From Candidatus Latescibacterota bacterium (lineage in GTDB: Bacteria > Latescibacterota > UBA2968), in assembly GCA_038279365.1 (NCBI GenBank), contig JAYODI010000026.1, positions 1 to 62,741 on the forward strand: a stretch of 62,741 bases of DNA, given 5' to 3'. Shown piece by piece: positions 19,679 to 29,875 of this stretch. The translations under genes were made by a program, and so were the position numbers. Every line of letters begins with the position of its first letter. Within the stretch, counting starts at the first letter, position 1. The notes under the pieces are model-generated. The model did no database searches. It saw only the letters and a list, made by a program, of their open reading frames with translations, and was not told the origin of the DNA.

Positions 19679-21208
19679 ATGCAAAAAAAACGAGATCATA
19701 TAAATTTTTCAAGCTACGATGCGGTGGTTGTGGGAACTGGGTTTGGGGGAAGTGCCTGTGCATATGCATTGGCACAATCGGGATTGAAAGTGTTGATGCT
19801 GGAGCGAGGGGATTGGGCACGCCGAGATACACAAGATTGGAATGCAAAGGCCATTTTGATTGAAAAGTCTTATCAAGGGCCATCGGCATTGGCAGTGAAG
19901 CAATACAAGGATTCTAATTATCAAACCATAAAAGAAAACGAAGTGGTGGGAGGCATGTCTGTTTTTTATGGCGGTGCCTCATTGAGGTTAAGGGAAAAAG
20001 ACTTTGAACATTGGCCCATTTCTTACGGTGAGTTGGAGCCCTTTTATGCAAAAGCAGAACAAATATTAGAAGTGCATGGTGTTGTAGGAGAAGATCCTTG
20101 TGAGCCTTCGCGATCACAGGCATATGCATATAGTCCCATTGACTTAACACCACCGGCCGAACGCATTTTTAAGGCTGGGCGCAAATTGGGTTTGTCACCT
20201 TTTCAAATGCCCATGGCCATTAATTTTTCAAATACATCTAGAACCACGTGTATTCGATGTCTAACGTGTGATGGGTTCCCGTGTCAAATAGAAGCCAAAA
20301 ATGATCTGACAAAGACATTTTTAAAACAGGCGGTTTTGTCTGGTGTTGATATTGTTGTGGGAATACAGGTTGTGCAGGTGGTAGAATCTGGTGGGCAAAT
20401 AAAAACGTTGCGATGCGTGGATCGGGCTACAAAAAAAGAATTTGAAATTTCTGCACCGATTGTCATTGTTGCAGGAGGTGCGTTACAAAGTCCAGCTTTG
20501 TTGTTGCGTTCGAGTTTGAATCGCTTTTCGCAACATCATTTGATAGGTCGCTACTTAATGCGCCATTGTAATGCGGTGGTTGCTGGGGTATTTCCATTTC
20601 GAACAAATGTGAAGCGTGAGTTTCACAAACAAATTTGTTTTACCGATTTTTATGAAGACTTTCGAGCCAAAGATGAAATGGCTACGGGGGTTGTGCAAGA
20701 CATTTATTCTCCAGATCCAGTTGTGCTCAAGCATTTTGCGCCGCGTGGGCTAAAAAACGCAGCGGCGCTTTCATCCAAGTTTTTGCAAAATCTTTTGTGT
20801 GTAGCCGAAGATGAACCCCAATATGAAAATGGTGTTTCCTTGTCTAAGCAGGCCGATGCTTTTGGTGTTGCACAAGCACAGATTACACACCATTATTCTA
20901 AGCGAGATGGTGAACGGCGCGATTATTTGATTGGCAAAGCCAAACAGATTTTGCGCAAGGCGGGTGCATTGTTTTTTCATGTCTATCATATAGATACATT
21001 TTCACATGGTGTGGGATCGGTTCGGATGGGGTCAGATCCTGCTGATAGTGTGTTGGATGTGCATTGCCGTTTTCGGGATATTGATAATTTGTTTGTGGTC
21101 GATGGAAGTGTGTTTCCCACATCGGGGGGGGTTAACCCCAGTTTGACCATTGCGGCCAATGCGTTGCGGGTGGGCACATATATTTCAAAGACATATCGGA
21201 ATATATAA
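19679..21208 (+). CDS. GMC family FAD oxidoreductase
   Basis: VVGTGFGG, VGGMSVFYGG, CIRCLTCDGFPC, HGVGS, VVDGSVFPTSGGVNPSLTIAANA. Confidence 0.92.
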   Translation: MQKKRDHINFSSYDAVVVGTGFGGSACAYALAQSGLKVLMLERGDWARRDTQDWNAKAILIEKSYQGPSALAVKQYKDSNYQTIKENEVVGGMSVFYGGASLRLREKDFEHWPISYGELEPFYAKAEQILEVHGVVGEDPCEPSRSQAYAYSPIDLTPPAERIFKAGRKLGLSPFQMPMAINFSNTSRTTCIRCLTCDGFPCQIEAKNDLTKTFLKQAVLSGVDIVVGIQVVQVVESGGQIKTLRCVDRATKKEFEISAPIVIVAGGALQSPALLLRSSLNRFSQHHLIGRYLMRHCNAVVAGVFPFRTNVKREFHKQICFTDFYEDFRAKDEMATGVVQDIYSPDPVVLKHFAPRGLKNAAALSSKFLQNLLCVAEDEPQYENGVSLSKQADAFGVAQAQITHHYSKRDGERRDYLIGKAKQILRKAGALFFHVYHIDTFSHGVGSVRMGSDPADSVLDVHCRFRDIDNLFVVDGSVFPTSGGVNPSLTIAANALRVGTYISKTYRNI

Positions 21209-21211
21209 CTT

Positions 21212-22156
21212 ATGAACAGGCATAAACCCAAAGTATGTTTGATCGGATGTGGCCAAATAGGTGCATTGCATGCGCGCAATTTGGTGGGAAAAGCAGATCT
21301 GTTTTTTAACAGCCGTTCTTGGAAAAGTGCGCGTCATTTCCAAAAGAAATTTTTAGGGCGCGGCGTGATCAGCGACTTTGATGTGGTGTTAAATAGTGAT
21401 GTTGATGCGGTGGTTATTGCATCTCCTCCAGAATATCATGCCAGTCAAGTTATTGCGGCATTGCAAGCCAATAAGGCCGTATTGGTTGAAAAGCCGCTTT
21501 GCGTTTCTCGCGAAGAAGTGGCGCAGATTGAAGTTGTTTTGAATAATTTGGAAAATCCTCTCTTGATGGTCGCAGAGAATTATTATTACAAACCCTCTTT
21601 GTCTTATCTAAAAAAAATATTGCGAATGGGGCATTTGGGTGATGTACAATCGGTTTTTGTAAAAAAGCTCACCACACAAAATGCAACGGGTTGGAAAAGC
21701 GCCCACGGCGCATTGTTGGAGGGCGGGATTCACTTTGTGGCATTGGTGAGCGATTTGTTTGATGAAGCGCCAATAGATGTTGAAGCTGTGTTTCCTGGAT
21801 ATGTTTCTGGTGAAGCGGAGCGGCATTCGGTTACACGGTTGACATTTGCCAATAGGGCCACTGCAGAACTTCAATATTCTTGGAATACACCCAGTATAAC
21901 AAAGGGGGTGTTTCAGCATTCACAGATTAGGGGCACAAAAGGTTCGGTCATTTTTGAAAGCAATGGCATTTATGTTTGGCACTCTGGGCGTCCATTGCCT
22001 GTTTTGCCGGGCGTGAGAGATTTGATGGGTTATGGGGCGATGACACAAGACTTTTTGACCTGTGTTCAAGATCGTACTCAAAAACCTTATTCCAATTTTG
22101 ATCGAGCAAAACGCGATTTGAATATTGTTTTTCAAGCCTATAACGATTTGGATTAG
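21212..22156 (+). CDS. Gfo/Idh/MocA oxidoreductase
   Basis: IGCGQIG, VLVEKP, GIH. Confidence 0.88.
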   Translation: MNRHKPKVCLIGCGQIGALHARNLVGKADLFFNSRSWKSARHFQKKFLGRGVISDFDVVLNSDVDAVVIASPPEYHASQVIAALQANKAVLVEKPLCVSREEVAQIEVVLNNLENPLLMVAENYYYKPSLSYLKKILRMGHLGDVQSVFVKKLTTQNATGWKSAHGALLEGGIHFVALVSDLFDEAPIDVEAVFPGYVSGEAERHSVTRLTFANRATAELQYSWNTPSITKGVFQHSQIRGTKGSVIFESNGIYVWHSGRPLPVLPGVRDLMGYGAMTQDFLTCVQDRTQKPYSNFDRAKRDLNIVFQAYNDLD

Positions 22157-22164
22157 GACAAGAT

Positions 22165-22533
22165 ATGAGCCGTTTATTTTGTGGGTTGGGTGCTGGTTTT
22201 GCGTTTTTGGGTGTGATGTTGGGGGCTTTTGGTGCGCATGCATTGCGTGGTAAATTGGAACCGCGCATGTTGGAAGTGTTTGAAACGGGTGTGCGGTATC
22301 AGATGTATCACGCTTTTGCTCTGATGATCACGGCTTGGGTCATATCGCAATGGCCAAATGGGGTTGCCCAAATTGCGGGGTGGTTATTTGTGGCGGGCAT
22401 AGTGATTTTTTCGGGCAGTTTGTATGGTTTAACATTAACGGGTATGCGTGGTTTGGGTGCTGTGACACCATTGGGTGGTTTGATGTTTTTGGCAGGGTGG
22501 TTGTGTTTGGTTTGGGTGGCCATTAAAGGGTAA
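22165..22533 (+). CDS. DUF423 (YgdD-like) small membrane protein
   Basis: GAFGAH, YQMYH, FSGSLY, TPLGG. Confidence 0.9.
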   Translation: MSRLFCGLGAGFAFLGVMLGAFGAHALRGKLEPRMLEVFETGVRYQMYHAFALMITAWVISQWPNGVAQIAGWLFVAGIVIFSGSLYGLTLTGMRGLGAVTPLGGLMFLAGWLCLVWVAIKG

Positions 22534-22548
22534 TTAACGGGGATTTTT

Positions 22549-23673
22549 ATGTCTATTTTGGAACGACTCAATGTGGGTATTGTGGGCGCCGCTGGGCGTG
22601 GGGCCAGTTTTCGGGCGGCATTTGAAGCCCAAGATGTGGCCAAAATCCATGCGGTGTGTGATGTGCGTCAAGAAGCATTGGATGAAGCAGCCGAACGATT
22701 GGGTGCCCAAGAAAAATATACGGATTATGAAATGATGCTGCATCAGTCTGAACTGGATGCGGTGGTGATTGGCACGCCCATGCCTTTTCATGCGCCTCAA
22801 GCGATTATGGCCTTGTCGCAGAATATACACGTTTTGAGCGAGGTGACTGCGGCGGTGTCTGTTGCTGAATGTGAAGCATTGGTGCATGCGGCAACGGCAT
22901 CACAAGCAATTTATATGATGGCTGAAAATTATACATATATGAAGCCCAATGTGTTGGTTAAAGAATTGGTGCGCCAAGGTTTGTTTGGCGAGGTATATTA
23001 TGGTGATGGGGAATATATACACGAACTTAAAGGATTAAACGAGATTACAAAGTGGCGTCGCAAGTGGCAAACAGGCATTGATGGGGTGACATATTGCACG
23101 CACAGTTTGGGACCTATTTTGCAATGGATGCCCAATGACCGTGTGGTGCGTGTGTGTTGTGAAGGCAGTGGACATCACTACGTAGACCCTCGTGGTGATC
23201 ATTATGAAAACCAAGATGCGTGTGTGATGTTGTGCAAAATGGCCAGTGGTGGGCTTGTCAAAATTCGTGTGGATATGTTGTCTGAACGCCCTCACTCAAT
23301 GACCAATTATCAACTTCAGGGCACAAAGGGGTGTTATGAATCGGCGCGTAGCAAGGGTGAAAAAAATCGCATTTGGCTGGCCGATTTATGCGAAGATAAA
23401 AATACATGGATGGATTTAACAGATCTGGAAGCGGATTATATGCCCGAATTATGGCGCAATCCACCCGAGGCAGCCTTAAAGGCTGGACATGGAGGGGGCG
23501 ACTTTTTTGAAGTGTTAGACTTTGTGAAAAGTATTACAAATGAACAAGCGTGTCCTATTGGTATTCATGAGGCCATGGATATGACACTGCCTGGGCTTAT
23601 GAGCCAACTGTCGGTCTTAGAGGGTGGGGTTTGGTTGGATGTGCCCGATTCTCGTTATTGGGTTAGGGGTTGA
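22549..23673 (+). CDS. Gfo/Idh/MocA oxidoreductase
   Basis: Rossmann fold, HVLSEV, YMMAENY, YCTHSLGP, GHGGGDF. Confidence 0.88.
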   Translation: MSILERLNVGIVGAAGRGASFRAAFEAQDVAKIHAVCDVRQEALDEAAERLGAQEKYTDYEMMLHQSELDAVVIGTPMPFHAPQAIMALSQNIHVLSEVTAAVSVAECEALVHAATASQAIYMMAENYTYMKPNVLVKELVRQGLFGEVYYGDGEYIHELKGLNEITKWRRKWQTGIDGVTYCTHSLGPILQWMPNDRVVRVCCEGSGHHYVDPRGDHYENQDACVMLCKMASGGLVKIRVDMLSERPHSMTNYQLQGTKGCYESARSKGEKNRIWLADLCEDKNTWMDLTDLEADYMPELWRNPPEAALKAGHGGGDFFEVLDFVKSITNEQACPIGIHEAMDMTLPGLMSQLSVLEGGVWLDVPDSRYWVRG

Positions 23674-23678
23674 TTGTT

Positions 23679-25160
23679 ATGGGTATGTTAGATGCTGTTG
23701 ACCTGACGCAAAAATTATCCAAAGCCGATTATGATGCCTCTATGGATGCATTGGAGATTAATGTGGGGCAACTCCAGCGCCAAGCCCATGAAATGGGTGT
23801 GCCAATTACAATTATTTTTGAAGGCTGGGGCGCAGCAGGTAAGGGGCGATTGATTAATGAGCTTTTGCTTGCACTTGACCCTCGTGGTGTGAAAGTGCAT
23901 TCGACATTGGCACCCAATCAAGAAGAGTTTTATCGGCCGTTTTTGTGGCGCTTTTGGACAAAAATTCCTGAAAAAGGGCGTATGGCCATTTATGACCGCA
24001 GTTGGTACAGTCGGTTTATTGTTGAAAAAATGGATCCGATGATGGAAAAATTGCCAGTGAAAAAGGCGTTTGACGAGGTGAATTGCTTCGAACGCCAGTT
24101 GATAGATGATGGGCATATTATTATTAAGTTTTTTTTGCATATTTCTCGAGCAGAACAAAAAAAGCGATTTAAAAAATTACAGAAAAACCCTATGACGGCT
24201 TGGCGTGTTACCGATTATGATTGGAAAAAGCATAAGCAATATGACTCTTATCACGATGCCATAGAAGAAATGCTTTCTCGCACAAATAGTGAGTATGCAC
24301 CCTGGCATGTGGTGCCATCTGAAAACTGGCGATTTGCAGCGATGGCGGTGTTTGAAACCATCATTGATGAGGCCGGACGTCAACTCAAAAAAAGAGAAGA
24401 TGCCAAAAAAGCACCCGCCATACAACTGGCACCTGTATCTAAGTCGATTCTGGATACAGCTGATTTGTCAAAAGCGTTGACACGGGCTCAATATGATAAT
24501 CAACGCAAGATTTATCAGCAGCGCCTTTGGGAGCTTGAACATGAAGTGTATTTGCGCCGACTGTCTGTTGTTATGGTTTATGAAGGATGGGATGCCGCTG
24601 GGAAGGGGGGCAACATTAAGCGATTGGTTCGTCGAATGGATCCCCGTGGTTATGAGGTCATTCCTATTGCGGCACCAAATGATGTGGAACTTGCGCATCA
24701 TTACTTGTGGCGTTTTTGGGAAAAGATGCCCAAGGCGGGTCACTTTGCCATTTTTGATCGGTCTTGGTATGGGCGCGTTTTGGTGGAGCGAATAGAAGGT
24801 TATGCACAAGAAAACGAATGGAAACGCGCTTATCAAGAAATCAATGAAATGGAAGAAGTCATGGCCAATTATGGGACATTGATTTTTAAATTTTGGGTTG
24901 ATGTCGATCCTGGTGAACAATTGAAGCGCTTTCAAGACAGAGAAAAGACACCTGCAAAAAAATGGAAGATTACGGAAGAAGACTGGCGAAATCGGGAGAA
25001 ATGGGATCGGTATCGCGAGGCTGTGGATGAGATGTTATATCGCACGCATACATCTTATGCACCGTGGACCATTGTGGAATCAAATAACAAACTTTATGCA
25101 CGTATTAAGGCCATGAAAACAGTGGTAAAAGCATTGGAAAAACATTTGATTACACGATAA
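23679..25160 (+). CDS. pap: polyphosphate:AMP phosphotransferase (two-domain PPK2)
   Basis: Two PPK2 domains: EGWGAAGKG/DRSWY and EGWDAAGKGG/DRSWYGRVLVER. Confidence 0.92.
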   Translation: MGMLDAVDLTQKLSKADYDASMDALEINVGQLQRQAHEMGVPITIIFEGWGAAGKGRLINELLLALDPRGVKVHSTLAPNQEEFYRPFLWRFWTKIPEKGRMAIYDRSWYSRFIVEKMDPMMEKLPVKKAFDEVNCFERQLIDDGHIIIKFFLHISRAEQKKRFKKLQKNPMTAWRVTDYDWKKHKQYDSYHDAIEEMLSRTNSEYAPWHVVPSENWRFAAMAVFETIIDEAGRQLKKREDAKKAPAIQLAPVSKSILDTADLSKALTRAQYDNQRKIYQQRLWELEHEVYLRRLSVVMVYEGWDAAGKGGNIKRLVRRMDPRGYEVIPIAAPNDVELAHHYLWRFWEKMPKAGHFAIFDRSWYGRVLVERIEGYAQENEWKRAYQEINEMEEVMANYGTLIFKFWVDVDPGEQLKRFQDREKTPAKKWKITEEDWRNREKWDRYREAVDEMLYRTHTSYAPWTIVESNNKLYARIKAMKTVVKALEKHLITR

Positions 25161-25199
25161 CGGGTTTTAAGAGAATTCCATTTTAAAGAACGGTTGAAT

Positions 25200-26318
25200 A
25201 TGGTTGAAATTGTTTCAGACCCAGAATATATGGGGATATCCAGAGAGCGGTTTGAGGTGGCCCAAAAGCTGTTGATTGAAGCTGTGGAGAAGAGACGCTT
25301 GATGGGTGCTGTGATGCAGGTGGCTTGCAAGGGCAGAGCATTGCCCGTGGTAACTGTTGGGCGCAAGATTTTAAATGATGAAAGTGCACGCGTTGAAAGA
25401 GATACGATTTTCTTGATTGCTTCTATTACCAAACCCATTGTTTGTGCTGCAATGATGAAATGGATAGAAGATGGGGTGGTGTGTTTAGATGATTATGCAG
25501 CAGATTTTTTACCTGCATTTGGGAACCGAGGAAAAGAGCGCATTACATTACGTCATTTATTGACGCATACATCGGGGCTGCCCGATATGTTGCCTGATAA
25601 TCAAATTTTGCGACAAACCCATCAGCCATTGTCGGTATTTGTAAAAAAGATGTGTGATTTGGATTTGTTATTTGAGCCTGGTTCTCAGATTTCTTATCAA
25701 AGTTGTGGCATTGCCATTTTGAGTGCGATCGTGGAAACCCTTGCAGGTTGTTCGATGCCAGAGATTTTAAAGCGATATTTTTTTGATCCATTGGGCATGA
25801 AAGACACTGCATTGGGAAAACCTTTGGATTCTAAAAAACGTATATCTGAAATTGTAATCCCAAAGTCGAGTGATGGGGGCAATGGGGGCACCGACTGGGA
25901 TTGGAACTCAGACTATTGGCATGGATTTGGTGCGCCTTGGGGGGGGATGTTTACGACCGCGCAGGATTTAACAACTCTGTGTCAGATGTTTTTAAATGGG
26001 GGAGCTTGGAAGGGCAAGCGGATTTTGGGACGTGCAACTGTGGCGATGATGATTGACAACCATACCGATAGGCTGCCCGATTTGTTGGATGCCGACAAGA
26101 AACGCCATAGATGGGGGTTGGGATGGCGACTTGGAGATCGAAAGATCTGTGGCGACTTGGTCTCATCGCAGACCTTTGGGCATGGAGGTGCAACAGGAAC
26201 GGTTGCTTGGATGGACCCTGAATCGGGTGTGAGTTTTGTGTTGCTTACCAATCAGGCCGAAGCGGCAAATGTATTGCGGCCACGGATCTCGAATGTAATA
26301 GCAAGTGCGATCATATAA
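25200..26318 (+). CDS. serine hydrolase, beta-lactamase/esterase family
   Basis: ASITK (SxxK), LLTHTSG, YQS, FGHGGATG. Confidence 0.9.
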   Translation: MVEIVSDPEYMGISRERFEVAQKLLIEAVEKRRLMGAVMQVACKGRALPVVTVGRKILNDESARVERDTIFLIASITKPIVCAAMMKWIEDGVVCLDDYAADFLPAFGNRGKERITLRHLLTHTSGLPDMLPDNQILRQTHQPLSVFVKKMCDLDLLFEPGSQISYQSCGIAILSAIVETLAGCSMPEILKRYFFDPLGMKDTALGKPLDSKKRISEIVIPKSSDGGNGGTDWDWNSDYWHGFGAPWGGMFTTAQDLTTLCQMFLNGGAWKGKRILGRATVAMMIDNHTDRLPDLLDADKKRHRWGLGWRLGDRKICGDLVSSQTFGHGGATGTVAWMDPESGVSFVLLTNQAEAANVLRPRISNVIASAII

Positions 26319-26329
26319 GGGATATCTAT

Positions 26330-26367
26330 AAAAAAGGGCGACTGCTTCAAGCGGTCGCCCTTTTTTT
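26330..26367. terminator. bidirectional intrinsic terminator
   Basis: A6-gggcgactgc/gcggtcgccc-T7 between convergent genes. Confidence 0.8.
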
Positions 26368-26383
26368 ATGGATATCGGAAATA

Positions 26384-27358
26384 TTAACCTTCTACTTTTG
26401 CATTTGCAAACAAGTTACTGACCGATTCGTCATTGTTGATACGGCGAATAGACTCTGCCAAGATGGGGGCAACTGACAGGACTTTGATTTTGCCATTGAG
26501 GCCGCGTTCTGGCACGGGAATGGAATTGGCCACAATCAGTTCTGTAAGCACAGAATTTTCTATGCGGTCAATGGCTGGACCTGCCAATACGGGGTGGACA
26601 ACCGCGGCTCTGATTTCCAGCGCACCTTTGTCGCGTAGAGCCGAAGCCGCTTCGGTGAGTGAGCCACCCGTTGAGATGAGGTCGTCTATGATGACCACGT
26701 TTTTGTCTTTGACATCGCCAATGACATTTAAAACTTCGGTTTTTTGCCCACTCCAACGACGCTTGTCTACAATGGCCAATGGTGCCCCTAATAACTCGGC
26801 ATAGGCGCGGGCCATTTTGATGCCTCCTACATCGGGAGAGACCACCACAAGGTTTTCCATCTTTTTTTGTTTGAGGTATTCACCAAAGATGTTGATGGAG
26901 TAGAGGTGGTCTACGGGGATATCGAAGAAGCCCTGTATTTGGTTGGCATGTAAGTCTAAGCTGAGTACGCGGCGCGCGCCTGCTGTGTAGATCATGTTTG
27001 CAACCAATTTGGCCGTAATGGGTACTCGGGGGCGGTCTTTGCGATCTTGGCGTGCATAGCCATAATAGGGCAATACCGCAGTAATGCGTCTGGCCGAGGC
27101 GCGTCGGGCGGCATCTGTGAGAATGAGGAGTTCCATGAGGGCGTCGTTTGGGTTGACACCAGCTTCGACGTTGTTGCAAATAGGTTGCACGATGAAAATG
27201 TCACATCCTCGCACGTTTTCGTCTATTTGAACATGGGTTTCGCCACCAGGAAATCGGGTCACTACGGCTTGGCCTAGCCGGGTATCGAGTTTGTCGCAAA
27301 TTTCTTCGGCAAGGGGCCGATTGGTATTGCCAGTGAAAACTTTAAGATCATAACCCAC
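26384..27358 (-). CDS. prs: ribose-phosphate pyrophosphokinase
   Basis: PYYGYARQDRK, DLHANQIQGFF, VSPDVGG, DDLISTGG; GTG start after GAGGAGG. Confidence 0.97.
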   Translation of the reverse strand: MGYDLKVFTGNTNRPLAEEICDKLDTRLGQAVVTRFPGGETHVQIDENVRGCDIFIVQPICNNVEAGVNPNDALMELLILTDAARRASARRITAVLPYYGYARQDRKDRPRVPITAKLVANMIYTAGARRVLSLDLHANQIQGFFDIPVDHLYSINIFGEYLKQKKMENLVVVSPDVGGIKMARAYAELLGAPLAIVDKRRWSGQKTEVLNVIGDVKDKNVVIIDDLISTGGSLTEAASALRDKGALEIRAAVVHPVLAGPAIDRIENSVLTELIVANSIPVPERGLNGKIKVLSVAPILAESIRRINNDESVSNLFANAKVEG

Positions 27359-27462
27359 GTGTGATTTCCTCCTCTGATCAGATTTCATCTCATTCCTGAT
27401 GTGTCGCACGTTCAATATATACCGAGGTGCTCTTTCTATCAACCGAGAATTTGGGGCACAGA

Positions 27463-28320
27463 TTACAGCACGACTGCATTGAGATTTTGCACAACCATAT
27501 CGGTTGCACCAAGGGTGCGCAGTTGAATCAACAATTGCGCCAAGTGTGTTTTGGGAACCACTGTTTCGATGGCAAATGCGTTATCCGATAAGGTACTGAC
27601 TGTTGGGGCACGCAATGCGGGTAGCAGGTTGATGACCTGGTTTTTGTGTTTTTGGTCTATGTTTAGTTTGAGTATTTGGTGGCGATCTGCTTCAAGGGCT
27701 CCCAAGAGCAAATCGCCAAAGGCCATGAGTTCGGGAATGGATTCTCTGGCAATGAGAAGGGTTGGGGTTATGAGCAGTTCGTCAACAATTTGCAAGTTGT
27801 TATCCCGCAGACTGCTGCCTGTTTCTGTGAGGGCAACGCCATAATCATATTGGCCTAAGGCCACTTTTATTTCCGTACTGCCGTGTGAGAAACTGAGCGT
27901 GGCTTGTGGGTAGGCTTGTTTTGTGAGGTGTGTGTATTCGGTGCTGATGGCAATGGCGGGGTTTTGAAGAGGTGGGCTGTCTGGGCGACCAAAAACAATG
28001 ATACGAGCCGATTTTTTTATGGCACGACTATAAGGCAATTCTTTGAGGCGTTTGATGGCTGACCCGATGGGGATGTTTTGCTGAAGCTCTGTTTCGATCA
28101 CCCAATCGAGGCCACAGATGGCGCAGTCTATTTGTTTTTGCAAGAGTGCCAAGGCCAAGTCTTGGGGGCGCATCAGGATGGCTTGGGAAAATAAATTGAG
28201 GCCTTCAATGTCGATGAGTCCACTTCTACCTTGTGGGTAAATTTCTATGCCGATTTGTGCCAGTAAGGCGAGTGTGGCTTGTTGCATGCTGCCATTGGGG
28301 AGGCCAATAGTCAACTTCAT
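27463..28320 (-). CDS. hisG: ATP phosphoribosyltransferase (long form)
   Basis: GLPNGS, RPQD, GSTE, ETGSSLRDN, PALRAPTVS C-terminal domain. Confidence 0.93.
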   Translation of the reverse strand: MKLTIGLPNGSMQQATLALLAQIGIEIYPQGRSGLIDIEGLNLFSQAILMRPQDLALALLQKQIDCAICGLDWVIETELQQNIPIGSAIKRLKELPYSRAIKKSARIIVFGRPDSPPLQNPAIAISTEYTHLTKQAYPQATLSFSHGSTEIKVALGQYDYGVALTETGSSLRDNNLQIVDELLITPTLLIARESIPELMAFGDLLLGALEADRHQILKLNIDQKHKNQVINLLPALRAPTVSTLSDNAFAIETVVPKTHLAQLLIQLRTLGATDMVVQNLNAVVL

Positions 28321-28323
28321 AAG

Positions 28324-28755
28324 TTACTCCGGTATTGTTTTGGGGTCTGTAAAGATGAGCGTGTTGTTTTGAATACTTCTGTAATAACATCCATAGCGAC
28401 TTTGATTATCTTCTTTGGTATGGCACGAACCACCCCCTTTGAGGCGCACGATATAGAGCAATGAATTTTGCTCACAGTTGACGCGCACATCTACCAGTTC
28501 GAGTACATCGCCTGATGTGGCACCTTTGATCCATAGTTCATTGCGCGAGGTGCTCCAAAAGGTAGCTACGCGGTTTTTGAGGGTGTGTTGTAATGCCAAT
28601 TCGTTGACGTAGCCTATGAGTAAGACGGCTTTTGTGTCTGCATCTTGTACGGCAACGGGAATAACGGGGTGATCTGTTTGGGCCACTTTTTTGAGTTTTT
28701 CAAAGTCGAGATGCAGGTTGAGGCCCTCTTCGAGCTGACGATGATCTGTTGCCAT
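28324..28755 (-). CDS. hisI: phosphoribosyl-AMP cyclohydrolase
   Basis: FWSTSRNELWIKGATSG, NCEQN, CH..CYYR. Confidence 0.92.
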   Translation of the reverse strand: MATDHRQLEEGLNLHLDFEKLKKVAQTDHPVIPVAVQDADTKAVLLIGYVNELALQHTLKNRVATFWSTSRNELWIKGATSGDVLELVDVRVNCEQNSLLYIVRLKGGGSCHTKEDNQSRYGCYYRSIQNNTLIFTDPKTIPE

Positions 28756-28790
28756 TGACTTCTCCTTGATAATGGGTTTGTGGTCTTTTT

Positions 28791-29585
28791 TTAAACTTTC
28801 AGTTCGCCTTGAAGGATTGTAACTGCCTGACCGCGTATAAAAATGCGGTTATCGGATAGTTGTAGGTATAGCTCTCCTTTGCGCGACGATATTTGGTGGG
28901 CAACCAATTCAGTCTTGCCCAGTTTTGTGGCCCAGTAAGGCCCTAAACAACAGTGTGCGGAGCCTGTAACAGGGTCTTCGTCAATACCTGCACCAGGCGC
29001 AAAAAAACGAGAAACAAAATCACATTTTGATGAATGGGATTTTGCCGTGACCATGACGCCACGCAATTTGAGTTTTTTAAGTTGGTCAAAATCGGGGTTC
29101 AAGTTTTTTACTTCATCGACTGTGGCCACTTCAATTAAATAATCGAAGCGATTTTTGCCAACAAAGGTGGCATTTATGCCAAGTGCCTCCAGTAGGTAAG
29201 GTGGTGGGGTGTTTGTTGGTTCAGCGGGTTCTATTGGAAAATTGAGTGCGATAATATCTTTTGTTTTGGTGGCGGTTAGATTGCCACTTTTGGTAAAAAA
29301 TGTGACAGGTTCATTGTCGATCAGGTGTCCCAATTCGTATAATGCTTGTGTGGCAGCTAAGGTGGCGTGCCCGCACAAATCAACTTCGGTTGTGGGGGTA
29401 AACCATCGCAGGGAGTATCCTTCGTTTTGTTTGTGGAGAAATGCCGTTTCTGACAAGTTCATTTCTGCTGCCACATTTTGCATCCATACGGTTTCGCCTG
29501 GGGCAGACAACACACAAACAGCAGCTGAATTGCCCCCAAAGGGTTTGTTTGTGAATGCGTCAATTTGAAAAAATGGAATGGACAT
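28791..29585 (-). CDS. PhzF family isomerase/epimerase
   Basis: DAF....FGGN, EMNLSETAF, RWFTP..EVDLCGHATLA, EDPVTGSAH. Confidence 0.92.
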   Translation of the reverse strand: MSIPFFQIDAFTNKPFGGNSAAVCVLSAPGETVWMQNVAAEMNLSETAFLHKQNEGYSLRWFTPTTEVDLCGHATLAATQALYELGHLIDNEPVTFFTKSGNLTATKTKDIIALNFPIEPAEPTNTPPPYLLEALGINATFVGKNRFDYLIEVATVDEVKNLNPDFDQLKKLKLRGVMVTAKSHSSKCDFVSRFFAPGAGIDEDPVTGSAHCCLGPYWATKLGKTELVAHQISSRKGELYLQLSDNRIFIRGQAVTILQGELKV

Positions 29586-29642
29586 GCGATCATATCCTTG
29601 TGTTTATGATGGGGTGGATAGAATGTGGAATTGCAAGAACAT

Positions 29643-29675
29643 AAAAAAAGCCCGTTGTCGCGTGCGACAACGGGC
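29643..29675 (-). terminator. attenuator terminator of the his-related operon
   Basis: Minus strand gcccgttgtcg-cacg-cgacaacgggc-T7, between the leader peptide and the first gene. Confidence 0.85.
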
Positions 29676-29700
29676 AAAAATAAAGCTTTAAAAATGAGGC

Positions 29701-29796
29701 TTAAACTGCCGAGGGCGCACCTAAAAACATCGTCATTAAATGATGATGTACATGATGGGCTGTATGGGCAGCAATATATAAAGGCAGAACGTTCAT
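29701..29796 (-). CDS. hisL: His-rich attenuator leader peptide (31 aa)
   Basis: MNVLPLYIAAHTAHHVHHHLMTMFLGAPSAV*: 6 His in 9 codons, upstream of a terminator and hisI/hisG. Confidence 0.8.
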   Translation of the reverse strand: MNVLPLYIAAHTAHHVHHHLMTMFLGAPSAV

Positions 29797-29875
29797 AGTG
29801 TTTTGAATTTGTGTGTTGATTTTGTTTTGTGGCAATGTGGTCATTGTGCAATCCTATCTATGGGCATCTGCGAAG

